Shown here one piece after another: positions 59,408 through 64,000 of a stretch of 64,000 nucleotides of DNA (the stretch's first letter is position 1; each line of letters starts with the position of its first letter). This DNA is from Fimicolochytrium jonesii (Eukaryota): contig NW_026515680.1 in the NCBI RefSeq assembly GCF_025526975.1, positions 186,001-250,000 of the forward strand, written 5' to 3'. The position numbers were made by a program, and so were the translations under genes. The notes below the pieces were generated by a model, which saw only the letters and a program-made list of their open reading frames with translations, did no database searches and had not been told where the DNA came from.

Positions 59408-62050
59408 ATAGGACAGGCTTGTATCTGGTTTCTCGAGATGTATATTTACATTTTCAATCAGAAAACCAGTCGTACGAAACATACGATCAACTGAGCTTAT
59501 ACTGTGACGTGGTGTGCCGTGTCATGGTGACATCTGGTACATGACCTATTCGAAGAGGAATGTACGGATGTTTGAAGACACGCATGAATCGCACAACGGA
59601 TTTCGCCACTCCAAATTTGAATTGACCTTTCCGAAGGCGTCCTAGCAAAAGGGCGTCTCCGCCACAGGCGCGTAGGGAACAAGCACAGTTGGACCTGGAC
59701 ACACTCCGCTCCAAAACACTCTCAACAATTACAAAGGTTCACATCAATGGCGATCAAACGCGTGGATACCCAAGAGCTCCCGAAGTGCGTCCCGTCGTGT
59801 TTAAGGTATGCCGGCATGCTACCCGGTCCGCCATCCGAACTTCCTCGTCCGCAAGCTGTTGCAAACCCATACCTACCTTGGAATCGCTGCCGATGCCGGC
59901 TCTGGCGATGCAAAGGTTGGCTTCGCTTTTCGTTGGCAAGGTTTCCATTCCAGCGCGTATTTTCTGGTGGAGGTCCTGTTGCTGAAGTTCTCGACGTCTC
60001 TGGATTGATCTGGGAGGCTATGCCTGAAATTGGTGTATGAGGAAGTTATGTTCCGCGAGATGAAAGGTGGAAGTTTCAGCACGAGTAGAAAGCCGGTCAA
60101 TCTTAGTGTCAGTTTGCAAGCGTCGTGCCAGACCCTCCTAGCACGTCAAGAGATGCCCTCTTTGTTGATGGCGGTGTTTTCCACTTCCTTCCCTGGTCAT
60201 GGAGCGGGTGCATTCCATCAGCCCTCTCTCTACATAGTCCTGTTATTCTTTTGAATCAACCTTGTCCTTGATACGGTGCCGTCCACAAGACCTCATGGCC
60301 CGTTCACCTCCATCCACTTCTCGCCTATATCTTCATCCGGACGTCGTCCAAATAGTTCTCGTCTAACGCTGCATGCCGTCCCGATAACGCCTTGCCCTCA
60401 ATGCGATGGGAGGATCTTAACATCTTTCTGAGTCAGAACAATGTCTGCTGCATAGCTCTCAAAGAGGTTTCGGCAAGCCTGGTCGCGCAAAAAGGGCGTC
60501 CGATGGTGCGGTGGAACCGCCGACAATAGATTGAGAGTTGCTGCCTATGCATGAAGATGACCTGCACTTAATCTTTCTTCGGCTGATAGGATGAAATTTG
60601 GGAAATGAGAAAACCAACGAGAGTTGAGGTATTTAGGAGACATCACTACCATCCGTCCATTGACGTATCTGTCGTTTGCGAGCACACTTTTCCTCCGACA
60701 TCACACAACGCACTTCATGGCGAATCTTCGCTCATGTATTTACGACTGTTCGCTTGCATGAGTTTCGGTTTACCGGGATCTCGCGGCCTCCTTCTGGGTT
60801 CATCTATATGTTTTTTAAGCCGATACAACAGGCATTTTATCATCTTTCCCTCGCATGCAGCCTTTCGAAGCCATAGAGAGTGGCAAGTTCGAGATCCCTG
60901 TGGAAAGGTTATTGAATGCAGTCCCCGTCGGTCAGTGCCAGCGTTCTACCCGGTCTGCATCGCCAACGGGCATCCGACGACCAAGTCCCAGGGCAAGACG
61001 GTGTCCAAAACCGCTACTATGTTGACAAGCGGTGCAGGCTGGTATTTTCCTTTGTGGGAGGAGATTTAGCATGTATGGCCCGCATCCGAAACCCTACTTG
61101 ATGCTGTAAAGCACACGACTGCCTCAATCGAAGAAAGGCTTCCAAGTCAGGATCATCCCGCTGTCGCCACGTATTTGCGATTGCTCCAATCACCTGCCAA
61201 CTAGTCAGCAGTGATTCAAAGCAACATTGGAACTTTCTCGCTTCCTGGATCGCAACCTTACGTAGTACTGTACAGTTCGACTTTGACGGCATTGGAGCTG
61301 GGAAATGTGACAGCGTTCCCTGTATGGATCCGGCGGTTTTCACATGACAGAGCGTAAACCGAATGCCCGGCAAAGGCGAAGTCGCGAATCCAACGCGTGC
61401 AAGCGCGTAATTTGCAAATGAGGCGCCGCGTCTCCCATCCCCTTTCTCTCGTCATCCTTGCAACGTGCAACGTGCAACCTTGACGCGGAAAAGCGGAAAA
61501 AGGACTTCAGGACTCATCAGGAGACATGAGAATCAGCGCATGGAGGGATGCATGCTCCGGACATCTCTTTCCTTTTTCCTTCTTCTGCCCTCTCTTCTGC
61601 GCCGCGGTGTCGTCCGGAAGAACAGGAAATGGACTGGGATCTGGAATGGGATAATCGATGTGCGCGTGCTGCGTCGTGTGTGTGCTGTGCTGGTTGTGCC
61701 GTGATGAATCGCTGATGATGGATGGCCTGCGTGTCGTGCTTGCTTGTCACGGTCCCGTTCCAAAACCGAAACGAACCTGCGCGAAGAAACATTGCTGTCG
61801 CCAATATCGGCTACTTGAACCGGTCTCGGCATATTCTGCGGTCGAAAGGAAGCCGCAGAAGGTATCAACCGGGAAAGCTCGTTAACGATCTCGCGTGCAT
61901 TCGACTTTCGCGTTCCCAAGTCATCCAAATTCGACAGCTCGACTTTTCCCAACGGACACGGCGGGGAAGCCCCTTTACCCACGCTATCGTCATCGCTTGT
62001 GGTTTGGTCAATCGAGTTCTCTCACCGCTTAGTCGTGGGGAAAATCTTCA

Positions 62051-64000
62051 ATGTTGGGCGAAACCACTACGGCATTCCCGGTGTCGGTGAAGCAGCTTAC
62101 CGCGGGGACCATGCCTATGCATCTGCAGCTCAGCTACCAGCCTAACCCTTCCGAACTCGAGCTAGCAGAAGTGGGGAAGTCGCTATTTGAGGTGACAATG
62201 TCCAGCACTGCTACCGACAAAGCTTCAGCCATGGAAAAGACTGTCGAAGTTCTGCGAACCGTGCAAGCCTGCTGGAATGGCAACGACAAGCCCGAATGGA
62301 CAGAGCTTCTTGCGGTATTGGGCTGCCTTGGTAAGATTGTCGGTTCTTGACAGGTCTCCGTTTCTGAGCTAGTCCTGAACATACTTTCCCACGATTCACA
62401 GGCTTTCCCACGGCGACGTTCTCCTCTTCACATGACGGACTGGAAGAAAACTCCGAAGAGAGGTCCTCCGCGGGCCTCCTTGATATTGCATCCTATGCGC
62501 ATCGATCTACTCGTAGGCTTTCTTCGCTACTCTTCGCCATTCTTTACGTCCGTGGACGCGCCGTCACAGCGATATACCAATCGAAATGCAACGAACAACA
62601 ATTGGAGTTGGAAAAGCTGAGGTCGCTTCAAAGCCAAATACCGTCACCGCCTACCAAACAGGTGTCATTCTCTTCTTCAAAGGATTCAGAGACGGATCCT
62701 CTTCGAACCGGGGAGATCAGAAGGCGGAGCGTCACCGGCAGCATCGGGTGGGATCCTATCGCCTCGCACAGACCTTCCTTCCTTGCATCCCCAAAACTCG
62801 CCTCATCGCGTACATCACACATGGCATCGACCAGAACCACCATGCATATGCGAAAAAGCAAGAGCTTAGATCTCGCACGCTTTCGAGACGGAGGGAGTCC
62901 CGAGGGATCCTTCTTGGCGTCAATTCCAGAAGACGGCAACATGCAGTTGCGGAAGAAACATTCATTTCTCAACGAGGATCCGGCCTTCCTATCGCTTAAG
63001 CACATGGAACAATCTTCTCCAACGCGATCGCAATCCCCGCAGCAAATGCAACCCTCTGCCAGTCCAGCAGGCAGCATCAATGAAGCCTCATCAAACGCCT
63101 CAGCCAACATCCACCGCAAGCGCTCCTCATACACCGGCTCGCCCACGCCCACATCGCAGCTCACCCGCGTGTTCGTACCACCCATATACCCTGAAAAGAT
63201 CAGCAGCTCAGGTTCCGACACCCTTTCGAACAGTAGCTCGGTGGTCCAAAGCACACCGTCGCAAGTGTCTGTTGGCAGTTCGGGTGGAAGCGACGACACC
63301 AATCCTGCATACACGGGAAGGCGAGTGAAGCCAGGCAAACGGGCAACGACCGAAACCGGTTCTCCGCCGCCTGCCAGGTCATCCGTGAGTTCGTTGAAGA
63401 CCGACTCGGGAAAACCTTCGGTATTGAAGAAATCATCCAGTAGCGCTACGCTTTCATTGCGGAAGAGATTCTCGAATCTGTTTGGTCTCAGGTCTACGAA
63501 GAGCAAGGACAAACTCGTGGAAGAAGACCTTGTCCGTGAGTTCGATTCGGCGCGAGTCAAGCAGAGCATCATTCGAAGTCGGCCCTCGATTCTTCCTCCC
63601 AAGACCGCAGACGACAAAAGCTCAGAAGATCTGAAAGCTTCACTGAACGGACACATGAAGCGTGACTCTCCTTCCGGAAACGACAAGCGCGCTGCGGACA
63701 TCAGGGAACCTTCGAAGAAAGAGTCAACGTTCGACAATTCTCGAGAGCCAAGCCAGTCCCCTCATCCCGCTCGGCCCAAGAAGCGTTATTCCAACATCGA
63801 CAAGCCCAAAAGGCGCTCGGGGGTTCCAACAGATACCGTCCCCAACGGCGTCGCAGCAACGCGGCCATTCCCACTGGTTCAATTCAATGGGGTATCCAAT
63901 ACCGACGAAGATGTTCCTCTTCATACCGTCCGCGAGAGGGCATTGAAGAGACGGAGCTACCACGCCCTTCAAGTCGCAGGCCAGCAACCGACCTACAACG
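62051..64000 (+). CDS. Hypothetical protein, partial (runs off the right edge); helical N-terminus then long Ser-rich disordered region
   Basis: Exon 62051-62330, GT-AG intron 62331-62401, then a stop-free frame to 64000 (GFPTATF...QQLELEKLRSLQSQIPSPP...RKRFSNLFGL...). The listed minus-strand ORF 62628-63737 is its antisense shadow. Confidence 0.75.

Noticed and set aside
59500..61500. Possible spliced minus-strand gene between RPT4 and the last gene
   Set aside because: Some splice-like signals exist, but every path tried hit stop codons and no domain was recognised. Left unannotated.
1..64000. tRNA, rRNA or intact transposase/RT genes
   Set aside because: None recognised by eye. tRNAscan-SE and Rfam would be needed to exclude small RNAs.

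Overview
Intron-rich, gene-dense, GC-rich eukaryotic DNA, most consistent with an early-diverging (chytrid-like) fungus. That call is inferred from lanosterol-type ERG7, a cobalamin chaperone MMADHC/CblD, a Frizzled-like 7TM receptor and short GT-AG introns. About 22 protein genes can be reconstructed: RAD6/UBC2, ERG7, an ARID protein, cyanamide hydratase, an ABCC transporter, an HSL-family esterase, a PMP47-type carrier, MMADHC, PRP39, an RS-rich/LSm protein, a BED-finger/NagD fusion, DCC1, BolA, a Frizzled/Smoothened-like GPCR, a secreted Val/Thr-rich protein, a DUF1624 membrane protein, a membrane-anchored Xaa-Pro peptidase, an AA5_2 copper radical oxidase, a SMIM13-like protein, RPT4 and two partial genes at the edges. 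The main unexplained signal is a dispersed, structured non-coding element. It sits, always in sense orientation, in the unusually long introns of four unrelated genes (RAD6, ERG7, BED-NagD, BolA), with one orphan copy. It is largely built from mini-hairpins with tandem sheared G.A pairs that show compensatory changes. Other highlights are a spliced BED zinc finger-HAD phosphatase fusion, a candidate poison exon in PRP39, a DUP-TRP/INV-DUP rearrangement upstream of the esterase, and a possibly virus-derived gene fragment. All exon boundaries were read by eye; no database searches were run.
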